A DNA stretch of 64,000 nt from an uncultured Muribaculaceae bacterium (lineage in GTDB: Bacteria > Bacillota_I > Bacilli_A > RF39 > UBA660), in NCBI GenBank assembly GCA_964636965.1, contig CAZWST010000003.1, positions 900 to 64,899 on the forward strand. Direction: 5' to 3'. Position numbers and translations under genes: made by a program. Under the pieces are notes generated by a model. The model made no database searches. It worked only from the letters and a program-made list of their open reading frames with translations, and had not been told where the DNA came from. This document shows positions 10,178 through 19,147 of the stretch, piece after piece; positions within the stretch are counted from its first letter, which is position 1; every line of letters begins with the position of its first letter.

Positions 10178-10204
10178 AAGAACATAAATATGTTCTTTTT
10201 TTAT
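10178..10204 (+). terminator. Rho-independent terminator closing the second module
   Basis: AAGAACATA / TATGTTCTT inverted repeat followed by a T7 run. Confidence 0.75.
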
Positions 10205-10213
10205 TAAATTAAA

Positions 10214-10255
10214 AACTAGTTATAGAATCATTTTTATAAACATATATATAACTAG
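10214..10255 (+). promoter_or_regulatory. Inverted repeat (AACTAGTTATA ... TATAACTAG) in the spoVS upstream region; possible operator or 5' leader structure
   Basis: 10-11 bp arms separated by ~22 nt, immediately upstream of the RBS (GAAAGGA) of the SpoVS gene. Confidence 0.3.
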
Positions 10256-10270
10256 AAAGGAAAAATGATT

Positions 10271-10531
10271 ATGGAAATATTAAAAGTATCAAGCAAATCA
10301 AATCCTAGTAAAGTAGCAGGAGCGATTGCAAATGTGTTTAGAAGTTTAGGAAGTGTAGAAATTCAAACTATTGGAGCAGGAAGTCTAAATCAAGCAATAA
10401 AAGCTATATGCATTGCTAGAGGGTTTGTTGCACCAAGTGGAAATAATTTAATTGTAATTCCAGCTTTTTCAGACATTACGATTGAAGGAGAAGAAAAAAC
10501 TGCTATAAAATTAATAGTTGAGGCTAGATAA
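10271..10531 (+). CDS. spoVS: Stage V sporulation protein S (SpoVS)
   Basis: MEILKVSSKSNPSKVAGAIANVFRSLGSVEIQTIGAGSLNQAIKAICIARGFVAPSGNNLIVIPAFSDITIEGEEKTAIKLIVEAR is collinear with Bacillus SpoVS (MEVLKVSAKS..AGA..EIQAIGAGALNQAVKA.AIARGF..). Start taken at the second ATG (MEILKV) to match family N-termini. The track ORF begins two codons earlier, at 10265. Confidence 0.85.
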   Translation: MEILKVSSKSNPSKVAGAIANVFRSLGSVEIQTIGAGSLNQAIKAICIARGFVAPSGNNLIVIPAFSDITIEGEEKTAIKLIVEAR

Positions 10532-10605
10532 CTGCCTCTTTTTTTATTAATTATTTGAAAAAATTAAAAAAATGAAGTATTATATATTAAAAAAAGGAGG
10601 AACTT

Positions 10606-11304
10606 ATGAAAATATTTAAAAAAATAGTTATAGTTATATTACTTGTTACAGTCTTATCTATTACAGTTTTCTTTAGTGTCCTCCTAATTAGAAGTAACAA
10701 TACTAAAACTGATGAACCAATTGTAACAACCATTGAAAACGATTATACGATGTATATCAAAAGTGATGAAACAATAAAAATTAATTTTAAGGAAAAGTAT
10801 CACACCTGTAAAACTGAATCTAAAGAAAAAAGATGCGGTATTGTAAGTAATGATGTAATAAATGCGGTTAAATTAGGTAAAAATGAAGAACTAGTTAACT
10901 ATGAAGATACTAATATAATTGATGTTGTAAATACAATTATATTATCTAGCAAATCAAAGAGTATTACTATTACAACAAACTGGAATTCTCGTTTTACAGA
11001 AGAAGAATTAGCAAATATGTTTAAAAATAAAGCAAAAAAAATAAAGGTCGTCTTTAATGATAAAATTGATGAAAATAAAATAACTACCAAAGAATTTAAA
11101 GTTATATTTGATGCTAAAAATGGTAGTAAAAAAGTTACTGTATTAGTTGAACAAAATAAAAAAGTAAAATCATTAGAAACACCAAAGAAAAAAGGTTATA
11201 AATTTGTTTGCTGGGAATTAAATGGTAAAAAGTATGACTTTAATAAACCAGTAACAAAAGATATAAAATTAACTGCAAAATGGAAAAAGAAATCTAATAA
11301 ATAG
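10606..11304 (+). CDS. Membrane-anchored protein with a C-terminal Listeria-Bacteroides (Flg_new) repeat
   Basis: N-terminal TM IVIVILLVTVLSITVFFSVLLI. C-terminal KKGYKFVCWELNGKKYDFNKPVTKDIKLTAKWKKK matches the GYxFxGW...YDFxxPVTxDxxLxAKW repeat signature. RBS AAGGAGG. Confidence 0.6.
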   Translation: MKIFKKIVIVILLVTVLSITVFFSVLLIRSNNTKTDEPIVTTIENDYTMYIKSDETIKINFKEKYHTCKTESKEKRCGIVSNDVINAVKLGKNEELVNYEDTNIIDVVNTIILSSKSKSITITTNWNSRFTEEELANMFKNKAKKIKVVFNDKIDENKITTKEFKVIFDAKNGSKKVTVLVEQNKKVKSLETPKKKGYKFVCWELNGKKYDFNKPVTKDIKLTAKWKKKSNK

Positions 11305-11407
11305 ATTTCTTTTTGTATTAATTCCTTCATTGATTCATTAATAAAATTAACAATTATATAATAACATAAACAATAATATTATGATATAATCTTTATAGGG
11401 AGAAATT

Positions 11408-12172
11408 ATGAAAATACAAAAATATATTAAAGATAAACAAAACAAGTATAAAGTAGTAATTGACGATGAAGAGTATATCTTATATGACGATGTTATTATA
11501 AAATATAATCTTTTATTAACAAAAGAAATAGATGATTCTTTATTCAAAGAAATAATCCTTTTTAATGATGAATTAAAAAGTTACTATGATTCAATAAAAT
11601 ATATTAATAAACGCTTAAGAAGTGAACTTGAGATACGTGAATATTTAGCAAAAAAGGGTCTAACAGAAGCAGTAATTAATAAGACAATTAAAAGACTTAC
11701 AAGCACTAAATTTATAAATGATGATAATTATTTAAATGCTTACTTTAAAGATCAAATTAATCTGACTAACAATGGACCTAAAAAGATAAAAGCATCCCTA
11801 CTTAAGTTAGGTTTAAATGAAGAAGCTATAGAAGAAAAAATATCATCAATTGATAAAGATATCTGGAATCAAAAAATTGATAAATATATTGATAAAAAGA
11901 TAAGTGTTAACCATACATCTTCATGCAATATGTTAAAAATTAAAATAACTAATGACTTAATAAATCTAGGATTTGATAAAGAAGACATTGTAAGTATTAT
12001 AAATAAAAAAGATATAAATGATTCAAATATTTTAAAAAATGAATACGAAAAAGCTAAAAGAAAATTTGAAAAAAAATATGAAGGATATGAACTTGATAAT
12101 AAGATAAAAAATTATCTATTTAGAAAGGGATTTCATATAAGTGATCTAAAGGAGTTAAATGATGAAGAATAG
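11408..12172 (+). CDS. recX: RecX-like regulatory protein (RecX family three-helix repeats)
   Basis: EYLAKKGLTEAVINKTIKRL...DDNYLNAYFKDQI..NGPKKIKASLLKLGLNEEAIEEKI resembles RecX repeat units (xYLxxKG, GPxxIxxxLxxKGI, EEAI). Length 254 aa is typical for Firmicutes RecX. Confidence 0.5.
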   Translation: MKIQKYIKDKQNKYKVVIDDEEYILYDDVIIKYNLLLTKEIDDSLFKEIILFNDELKSYYDSIKYINKRLRSELEIREYLAKKGLTEAVINKTIKRLTSTKFINDDNYLNAYFKDQINLTNNGPKKIKASLLKLGLNEEAIEEKISSIDKDIWNQKIDKYIDKKISVNHTSSCNMLKIKITNDLINLGFDKEDIVSIINKKDINDSNILKNEYEKAKRKFEKKYEGYELDNKIKNYLFRKGFHISDLKELNDEE

Positions 12173-12497
12173 ATATGAAAGAAAAAGTCGAAAAGAAAAA
12201 AAAGAAGCAATAAAAGAATTTGCTAATTCTAGTGAAAAAAATGCTTTAATCATGTCTCGTATAAAAAGACTAAGAGTAGTAGGTATTATTGGTGTAATCT
12301 ATTCATCTCTTATGTTTGTTTTAGATTTTTTAAAAGAAAAAAAAGTATTTGATTATGGATTAAGTGTATTCGATAATTTATTAGTAAATTATATTATTGA
12401 TGGATGTCTTTTAGTATTCTGTGCAATTTTTATAATTAAAGCAAATAGTTTAATTAAAGAACAAGTTAATGCATATTTAATTCAAAAGAAAAAATAG
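12159..12497 (+). CDS. Hypothetical small two-TM membrane protein
   Basis: 112 aa. RBS AAGGAG before ATGATG. TM segments VVGIIGVIYSSLMFVLDFL and CLLVFCAIFIIKA. Overlaps the recX end by 14 nt. Confidence 0.45.
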   Translation: MMKNRYERKSRKEKKEAIKEFANSSEKNALIMSRIKRLRVVGIIGVIYSSLMFVLDFLKEKKVFDYGLSVFDNLLVNYIIDGCLLVFCAIFIIKANSLIKEQVNAYLIQKKK

Positions 12498-12531
12498 TAA
12501 ACTTATGATATAATTAAAGTAGGTGATACTG

Positions 12532-13212
12532 ATGGAAGTTAATAATCCTTTATATAAAAATCAAGGAATACATGTTATAACAAGTATATTTACTGTTGAT
12601 CATGGAGTAGTTAAAATATTATTAATTAAAAGAAATAATGAACCTTATAAAGATGCATGGGCACTTGTAGGTGGAGCACTTTATAATAATGAAGATTTAA
12701 CTAGTGGAGTTATGAGAGAAATAAAAGAGAAAACAGGAATTAAAAATATTGACTTACAATTAGTAGATGTTCATGGTAAAGTAAATAGAAGTCCCGTAAT
12801 GCGCATGGTAGCAGTATCATATATGGGTGTTCTTGATATAAATCGTGTAACCTTAATTAAGAAAACTTTAAAAACTAATGATGCCGAATGGTTTAATATA
12901 AAAGATGTTAAAGATATGAATCTTGCCTACGATCACTCGGAAATAATTGTTCGTGCTTTCGAAGAATTAAAAAAACAAATATCAAGGAGTAATATTTTAG
13001 CATCCCTTTTTCCAGATGGATTTACTATGCCAGAGATTCAAAAGACTTATGAAGCAATTTTAGGAGTAACTTTGGATAGACGTAATTTTAGAAGAAAGCT
13101 ATTAAGTTTAAATCTTGTAGAAGATACAGGTGAGTATTTGAATTTTGAAGGTAAAAAGCCAGCTAAACTTTATAGATTTAAAGATAAATTAGAAGAAAAG
13201 AATATTTTTTAA
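12532..13212 (+). CDS. NUDIX hydrolase with a C-terminal NrtR-like (Nudix-related regulator) domain
   Basis: Nudix box GGALYNNEDLTSGVMREIKEKTGI (GX5EX7REUxEExGU with one deviation). C-terminal FTMPEIQKTYEAILGVTLDRRNFRRKL resembles the NrtR winged-helix region. Start set at ATG 12532 (RBS AGGTGA); the track used GTG 12523. Confidence 0.55.
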   Translation: MEVNNPLYKNQGIHVITSIFTVDHGVVKILLIKRNNEPYKDAWALVGGALYNNEDLTSGVMREIKEKTGIKNIDLQLVDVHGKVNRSPVMRMVAVSYMGVLDINRVTLIKKTLKTNDAEWFNIKDVKDMNLAYDHSEIIVRAFEELKKQISRSNILASLFPDGFTMPEIQKTYEAILGVTLDRRNFRRKLLSLNLVEDTGEYLNFEGKKPAKLYRFKDKLEEKNIF

Positions 13213-13221
13213 GGAGAATAT

Positions 13222-13713
13222 ATGAAAATAACAGTTGATGCTACAGTTGAAATAACTAATGGTTCAAAGAATAAATACGAGATAGATAAAAATACGGGTA
13301 AAATACGTTTAGAACGGGTAATAAATTCATCTAATGTTTATCCCGCTGAATATGGAACAATTGAAAATACTTTATCTCCTGATGGAGACCCACTTGATAT
13401 ATTAATACTTTCAAATGAAAAAACTTATCCAGGGTGTATAGTTCCAGCAAGAGTTTTAGGATACTTAGATATGATTGATAATGGCTTAGTTGATTATAAA
13501 TTAATAGCTGTAGTAGATGTTGATCCAAAATTTGATGGTATAAATAACTTATATGACTTACCAGAAATAACTTTAAGGGAAATAAAAAATTTCTTTGAAA
13601 ACTATAAAACGCTTGATAAAGTCCCAGTAAAAGTTGGAGATTTTCATGAAGTTCATGAAGCAAGCAAAATAATAGAAGAATGCCAAAATAGATTTAAAAG
13701 TGTTATAAAGTAA
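13222..13713 (+). CDS. ppa: Inorganic pyrophosphatase (family I)
   Basis: KNKYEID..TGKIRLERV...YPAEYGTIENTLSPDGDPLDILIL...ARVLG.L.M.D....D.KLIAV...DPKF are classic family I PPase motifs. 163 aa. Confidence 0.9.
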   Translation: MKITVDATVEITNGSKNKYEIDKNTGKIRLERVINSSNVYPAEYGTIENTLSPDGDPLDILILSNEKTYPGCIVPARVLGYLDMIDNGLVDYKLIAVVDVDPKFDGINNLYDLPEITLREIKNFFENYKTLDKVPVKVGDFHEVHEASKIIEECQNRFKSVIK

Positions 13714-13735
13714 TTAAACAATAATATACTTTAAT

Positions 13736-14764
13736 ATGAAAAAAGTTATATTATTGTTTTTTTTAATTGTTTTTCCAATAAATGTTAAGGCCTCAATCTG
13801 TGTAATGGATACAGATTCTAAAAGATTACTTTATGGAAGTGGAGAAAATGAAGAGAGGTTAATCGCGTCAACCACAAAAATAATGACGGCTCTAGTAGTC
13901 ATCAGGAGTGTTGATGACTTAAATAAAGAAATAGAAGTAACAGAAGAAGTATTAAAAAGCTTTGGATCAGGCATATATATAGAAGTAGGAGAACACATTA
14001 AAATTATTGATTTATTGTATGGGCTTATGCTTAGAAGTGGAAATGATGCTGCTATTATCTTAGCAAATCATGTTGGTGGATCTATGGAAGGTTTTGCTTA
14101 TCTAATGAATGATACTGCAAAGTCTTTAGATATGAGAAATTCTAAGTTTATTAATTCATCTGGACTTGAAAATGAATCTGGTGAAGGAAACACATCAACA
14201 TGTTACGATATGTCTCTTCTTATGTCTGAAGCTATAAAAAATGAAATACTTTCAAAAATAATGAGTACAAAACATTATGGAGTACAAACAGATTATAAAT
14301 ATTATGACTGGTATAATAAAAATAGATTACTTAGAGAATATAAATATACGACAGGTGGTAAAACCGGATATACAGAAAAAGCCTATCGGACTTTAGTAAC
14401 ATCAGCTACTAAAGATAACAAGAACTTATGTGTTGTAACCCTTAATGAAAAAGATGACTTTCTAAAACATAAAAATAAATATGAAGAATTTTTTAAAAAA
14501 TATAAATTAGTAAATGTCGTAAATAAGAAAAGCTTCTTAAAAGATGAAGGCTATGAAATAAAAGAAGATATAAATATGTTACTTTTAAATAATGAAATAA
14601 AAAAAGTCAAAGTAGAAGTAGAGTATATAGATGATGCATTATCACGTAAAGGATATGTAACTGTCTCATTAGATGGACATGTTTACTTTAAAGAACCTAT
14701 TTATAAAAGGGAAAAGAAAAAAAGTTTACTCTCAAGAATAAAATCTTTCTTTAATCTATTCTAA
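13736..14764 (+). CDS. dac: D-alanyl-D-alanine carboxypeptidase (peptidase S11, PBP5/DacB-like)
   Basis: Signal peptide. SxxK motif ASTTKIMT, SGN motif LRSGNDAA, KTG motif GGKTGYTEKA. Confidence 0.8.
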   Translation: MKKVILLFFLIVFPINVKASICVMDTDSKRLLYGSGENEERLIASTTKIMTALVVIRSVDDLNKEIEVTEEVLKSFGSGIYIEVGEHIKIIDLLYGLMLRSGNDAAIILANHVGGSMEGFAYLMNDTAKSLDMRNSKFINSSGLENESGEGNTSTCYDMSLLMSEAIKNEILSKIMSTKHYGVQTDYKYYDWYNKNRLLREYKYTTGGKTGYTEKAYRTLVTSATKDNKNLCVVTLNEKDDFLKHKNKYEEFFKKYKLVNVVNKKSFLKDEGYEIKEDINMLLLNNEIKKVKVEVEYIDDALSRKGYVTVSLDGHVYFKEPIYKREKKKSLLSRIKSFFNLF

Positions 14765-14802
14765 AAACTTACTGTTATGGTATAATTTGTCTAGGTGAAA
14801 AT

Positions 14803-15432
14803 ATGAAGACAATAGTTGATAATTATAATAGAGAAGATTTATTTGAATACTTTAATAATAAGACAAATCCTTTTAGTTTTGTAACTACAAGATTAGATAT
14901 TACAAATGCCTATAACTACTCAAGGAAATATAAACATTTATATGTAACACTTTGTTATTTATTTACACGTGCTATTAATAAAGTAGATGCATTCTTATAT
15001 TCGTATGAATCAGGGAGTTTTATAAAGTATGATTCTCTTACACCAAGTTATACAGAAGTATTAGATAATGGAAATGTTGCATTTGTTGCTTTAAATATGA
15101 AAGATAACTTAAAAGATTTTATCGCGTTATGCGACTTTGCTAAAGAAGAATTAAAACGAACTCAAAAAGATGTAATATTAAATGACCCAGATAAGGGACA
15201 AATTTGGTACTCTTGTCTTCCATGGTTTAAGTTTACAGGTGCAGTACCACCATATGACACAAATGTTTATATACCTCAGATTATTTGGGATAAATATGAA
15301 ATAGTTGATGGTCATGTTTATATAAACGTGATGATTATGGCTCATCATGGATTTGTAGATGGATCTCATATAGGAGCACTTATAAACTCAATAAATGAAG
15401 AATTAGATAAATTGGGCTCTTTCACTAGATAG
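14803..15432 (+). CDS. Chloramphenicol O-acetyltransferase (type A CAT) family protein
   Basis: 209 aa. C-terminal catalytic-region motif MAHHGFVDGSHIGALIN is equivalent to the CAT HHAVCDGFH motif. SxxPWFxFT-like CLPWFKFTG is present. Confidence 0.6.
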   Translation: MKTIVDNYNREDLFEYFNNKTNPFSFVTTRLDITNAYNYSRKYKHLYVTLCYLFTRAINKVDAFLYSYESGSFIKYDSLTPSYTEVLDNGNVAFVALNMKDNLKDFIALCDFAKEELKRTQKDVILNDPDKGQIWYSCLPWFKFTGAVPPYDTNVYIPQIIWDKYEIVDGHVYINVMIMAHHGFVDGSHIGALINSINEELDKLGSFTR

Positions 15433-15488
15433 TTATGCTAAAACTTCACCTTGGAGAGAATTTAACATAATTATTAAAAGTTAAATAT

Positions 15489-15515
15489 TAAGTGACATTT
15501 AGTCACTTTTTATTA
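15489..15515 (+). terminator. Rho-independent terminator
   Basis: AAGTGAC attta GTCACTT followed by TTTATT. Confidence 0.65.
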
Positions 15516-15577
15516 TTAGTAAATTTAATTTACGAATAATACCAACTCATGATAAAATAAAGATACAGGTGAATAAT

Positions 15578-16291
15578 ATGGAAAGATTACAAAAAATAAT
15601 TGCTGAATCAGGTTTCTGTTCACGCAGAAAGGCTGAAGAATATATAAAAAGTGGAAAAGTTTATGTTAATGGAGAAAAGGTAACTGAACTTGGAACTAAA
15701 GCATCCTTTAATGATGCTATTATAGTTGATGGGAAATCTTTAGAAAGAGAAGACAAAGTATACTATCTACTTAATAAACCCAGAGGTTATGTTTCAACAG
15801 TAAGTGATGAACATGATAGAAAAAAGATAACTGACTTAATTGAAACAAATAAACGTATATATCCTGTTGGAAGATTAGATTATGATACTACTGGATTAAT
15901 AATATTAACTAATGATGGTGAACTTGCAAATATTTTAATGCATCCATCAAGCAGTGTTGAAAAAACTTATGTAGCTAAACTAAATAAAGCTATGACTCCA
16001 AAAGATCAGATGATTTTAAAAAGTGGAGTTAAAGTAGATGGAGTAAAATGTATTCCAACAAGAGTAAAGGTAAGAGATATTGATTTAAAAAAGGATACAT
16101 GCATTGTTGAAATATCTATTGTTGAAGGAAGAAATCACATTATAAAAAAAGTATTTATGGAACTCGGATATTTAGTTGATAAATTAACAAGAGTAGAATA
16201 TGGATTTTTAAAGTTAGATAATTTAAAAAGTGGAGAGTATAGGGAACTATCTATTAAAGAAGTAAAAAAACTATACGACTATAAAAACTAA
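15578..16291 (+). CDS. rluB: 23S rRNA pseudouridine synthase (RluB/RsuA family) with an N-terminal S4 domain
   Basis: S4-like N-terminus (RLQKIIAESGFCSRRKAEEYIKSGKVYVNG). Catalytic motif YPVGRLDYDTTGLIILTNDGELAN. ATG 15578 with RBS ACAGGTG; the track began at GTG 15569. Confidence 0.85.
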   Translation: MERLQKIIAESGFCSRRKAEEYIKSGKVYVNGEKVTELGTKASFNDAIIVDGKSLEREDKVYYLLNKPRGYVSTVSDEHDRKKITDLIETNKRIYPVGRLDYDTTGLIILTNDGELANILMHPSSSVEKTYVAKLNKAMTPKDQMILKSGVKVDGVKCIPTRVKVRDIDLKKDTCIVEISIVEGRNHIIKKVFMELGYLVDKLTRVEYGFLKLDNLKSGEYRELSIKEVKKLYDYKN

Positions 16292-17472
16292 TGAAAATAG
16301 AAAAATTAGATAATAAAGGAAGAGGTATAACTTATTATAATAACTTAATAACATTCGTAAATAATGCTTTACCTAATGAAGATGTTGATATAAATATAAT
16401 AAGAGAAAACAAAAAATTCTATACAGCTGATGCAATAAATATTACTAATGAAAATAAAAATAGAGTTATACCTAAGTGTCCATACTACAAAACCTGTGGT
16501 GGTTGTAATCTCCAACATATAAATATTGAATATGAAGATGAATTTAAAGAAAATAAAATAAAAGAAATATTAAAGAAATATGCTAATGTGGATATTTCTT
16601 TAAAGATGAATAAAAATGATAAAGAACTCTTTTATCGAAACAAAATAACTTTAAAAATCGAGAACGGAAAAATCGGCTATTACAATGAATCAACACACGA
16701 GTTATGTGAAATAAAAAAGTGTCTTATTGCAAGTAATGCAATTAATGAATTTATCTATAAACTTGATACACTTAATATAAATAATGGGACAATTACAATA
16801 CGTTCTAACTATGAAAACAAGCTACTACTTATCATCTCGACTGATGAAGAAATAACTATTGATAAAAATAAAATAGATGATAATATATCAGGCATTATTT
16901 TAAATAATAAATGTGTCTATAAAGATTCCTATTTTTATGATTATATAGATGGCATGTTATTTAAAGTATCATTTGATTCTTTTTTTCAAGTTAATAATTA
17001 TATGGCTTCTAATATTTTTAAAATATTAAAAAATAATATAAGTGGTAAAAACCTTCTTGATTTATATTGTGGTGTTGGAACCCTTGGTCTTTCTTTAAAA
17101 GATAATTTTAAAAATATCTATGGAATTGAAAAAGTTAAAAATGCCATATTAGATGCAAAACATAATGCTAAAATAAATAATGTTTCCAATGCTTTCTTTT
17201 ATGCTGGAGATACAGCTAAAGTTTTAGATAAAATAAATCAAAAATTTGATACAGTTATTGTTGATCCGCCTAGAAGTGGACTTAATCAAGAAACTATAAA
17301 TCATATAAAAAGAATTAAACCTAAAACTCTTGTGTATGTTTCTTGTGACCCAATGACTTTAGCAAGAGATATATCAACTTTGCAGGACTATCAAGTAACA
17401 AAAGTAAATGTCTTAAATATGTTTCCAAAGACATATCACGTTGAATGTGTATGTATTTTAAGTAAGTTATAA
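16291..17472 (+). CDS. rlmD: 23S rRNA (uracil-C5)-methyltransferase RlmD/RumA family (TRAM plus Fe-S plus SAM MTase)
   Basis: Cys cluster CPYYKTCGGCNLQH, SAM motif LDLYCGVGTLGLSL, VIVDPPRSGL, and catalytic YVSCDPMTLARD. Confidence 0.85.
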   Translation: MKIEKLDNKGRGITYYNNLITFVNNALPNEDVDINIIRENKKFYTADAINITNENKNRVIPKCPYYKTCGGCNLQHINIEYEDEFKENKIKEILKKYANVDISLKMNKNDKELFYRNKITLKIENGKIGYYNESTHELCEIKKCLIASNAINEFIYKLDTLNINNGTITIRSNYENKLLLIISTDEEITIDKNKIDDNISGIILNNKCVYKDSYFYDYIDGMLFKVSFDSFFQVNNYMASNIFKILKNNISGKNLLDLYCGVGTLGLSLKDNFKNIYGIEKVKNAILDAKHNAKINNVSNAFFYAGDTAKVLDKINQKFDTVIVDPPRSGLNQETINHIKRIKPKTLVYVSCDPMTLARDISTLQDYQVTKVNVLNMFPKTYHVECVCILSKL

Positions 17473-17520
17473 ATATGTTATAATTTTAATAGAAGGTAAA
17501 AAAGAGAAGGAGATACATCA

Positions 17521-19068
17521 ATGCTGTTACTACTAGGAATATTAAAAAGAAATAAGAACTACTATATGAACGTTTTTGATACAGAAAATGTATCATCAGT
17601 TGATAACTATCAATTTATTAACAATTATACTTTAAATAACTGTGCAAATGTCTGGACTAGTGGATTTTTGTCTTCTACTCAAAATCCGAATGAATATTTA
17701 AAAGGGGAATTTGATGTTTCCAAATTAATAACAGATGAACAAAAATTAAAAGAAAAAATAAAAGCTTTTCAGATAGTAGGTGTTTATTATAATGATTTAT
17801 TTGAACCAATACTTTATAAATCAATAGATCGCGCTGGAAATATAAGTATACATGATATCTCTGAATTTGAGTATGTAAAATACTTGTGTATCTACGGAAG
17901 TGATTTAAATAATTTACCAAAGTTTGTTTTGAAATATAATATAAAGGATGCTTATGATGATTTAGCATCTTATGTAAAGGGAAAAGATATAAGAGATTTA
18001 CCCGTCGGACTTTTAAAACAATATTTAATTGGAGTATTAAATTTTAAAGAAGGATACCATGTAGTAACAAAATGTGGTTATGAACCAAAACATGATATAC
18101 ATGAATATATGTTATTTAATGGAGCATCCACTATTAAATTAATCGAATATGTTTATGATAATAAACGTGTATTCACAACTAAGCAAGATGAATTATCAAA
18201 TCCCTATCCTAAAGAAAGAACAGCTGGCTATGCAACTCCTCCTCTAATTATGATAGGATCCAAACAAGTATTATCGCGTTTTTGTAAATTTAATGTTAGC
18301 ACCGATTTTAGTTTTTATAATAAAAAGAATGTTAAACTTAGTATACCATTTTCTAAAGAATGCCTAAATCTTTATAGTAGGTATAAAAAGTCTAAATGTA
18401 TTTTATCTACATGGCAGTTTGATTTCTTTGATAATATCTCAACTGATATTTATAGAAATATACTTCCTGATGAAATATATAAATTACCACAAGTTTTTTA
18501 TCGCGATATGAAATCTAAAATCTATGGTCCTAATACTATAAGTACTTTTTTACAAGAAAATGATGCAATAGATATTTGGATATATACAGTATCCTTATTT
18601 GCCTGCTGGGATATATATAGTAGTCAGTTAAAAAAATCATTAAAACCAATCATGGAAAATTATAAAGAGATGTATGAAAATGCTTTAACTAGATTAGTAA
18701 AGGAAGTAGGGTCAAGAGCAACTTTAATTATTATGAAGTGGGCTAAGCTTAATCTCAAAAAACGTTTAGAAGATATTATCGGAAGTGCATCAGTAATAGA
18801 TAGTCTTGATTGTTTATTCACTTTCCATCAAAATACTTATGAATTACCAGAAGAATTAAGAATATACCAAGAAGATACAATTACAGAATATGGTGGGGAA
18901 GATCTACTTAAAAAAGATTATGATGATCCTAATGTATTAAAAAAAGCATTTATCATGAATAAACTTGATAAGATAGAAAAAGAAATTTGCACAAATGTTA
19001 ATTTAAAGTTAGACCAAACGATGAATGACTATTTAAAAAAATTAAATAGAAAGAAAACAAAAGAATAA
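17521..19068 (+). CDS. Hypothetical protein (515 aa, no TM, no recognised domain)
   Basis: RBS GAAGGAG upstream of ATG. Long uninterrupted ORF with typical codon use. Followed by a terminator. Confidence 0.5.
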   Translation: MLLLLGILKRNKNYYMNVFDTENVSSVDNYQFINNYTLNNCANVWTSGFLSSTQNPNEYLKGEFDVSKLITDEQKLKEKIKAFQIVGVYYNDLFEPILYKSIDRAGNISIHDISEFEYVKYLCIYGSDLNNLPKFVLKYNIKDAYDDLASYVKGKDIRDLPVGLLKQYLIGVLNFKEGYHVVTKCGYEPKHDIHEYMLFNGASTIKLIEYVYDNKRVFTTKQDELSNPYPKERTAGYATPPLIMIGSKQVLSRFCKFNVSTDFSFYNKKNVKLSIPFSKECLNLYSRYKKSKCILSTWQFDFFDNISTDIYRNILPDEIYKLPQVFYRDMKSKIYGPNTISTFLQENDAIDIWIYTVSLFACWDIYSSQLKKSLKPIMENYKEMYENALTRLVKEVGSRATLIIMKWAKLNLKKRLEDIIGSASVIDSLDCLFTFHQNTYELPEELRIYQEDTITEYGGEDLLKKDYDDPNVLKKAFIMNKLDKIEKEICTNVNLKLDQTMNDYLKKLNRKKTKE

Positions 19069-19070
19069 TT

Positions 19071-19100
19071 ATTAGAGGTATATCCTCTTTTTTATTGTTT
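19071..19100 (+). terminator. Rho-independent terminator
   Basis: AGAGG tatat CCTCT followed by TTTTTTATT. Confidence 0.7.
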
Positions 19101-19147
19101 AAAAGTAGTTTTAATTATATAATAATTAAGTTGGGACGTGAAAAATT

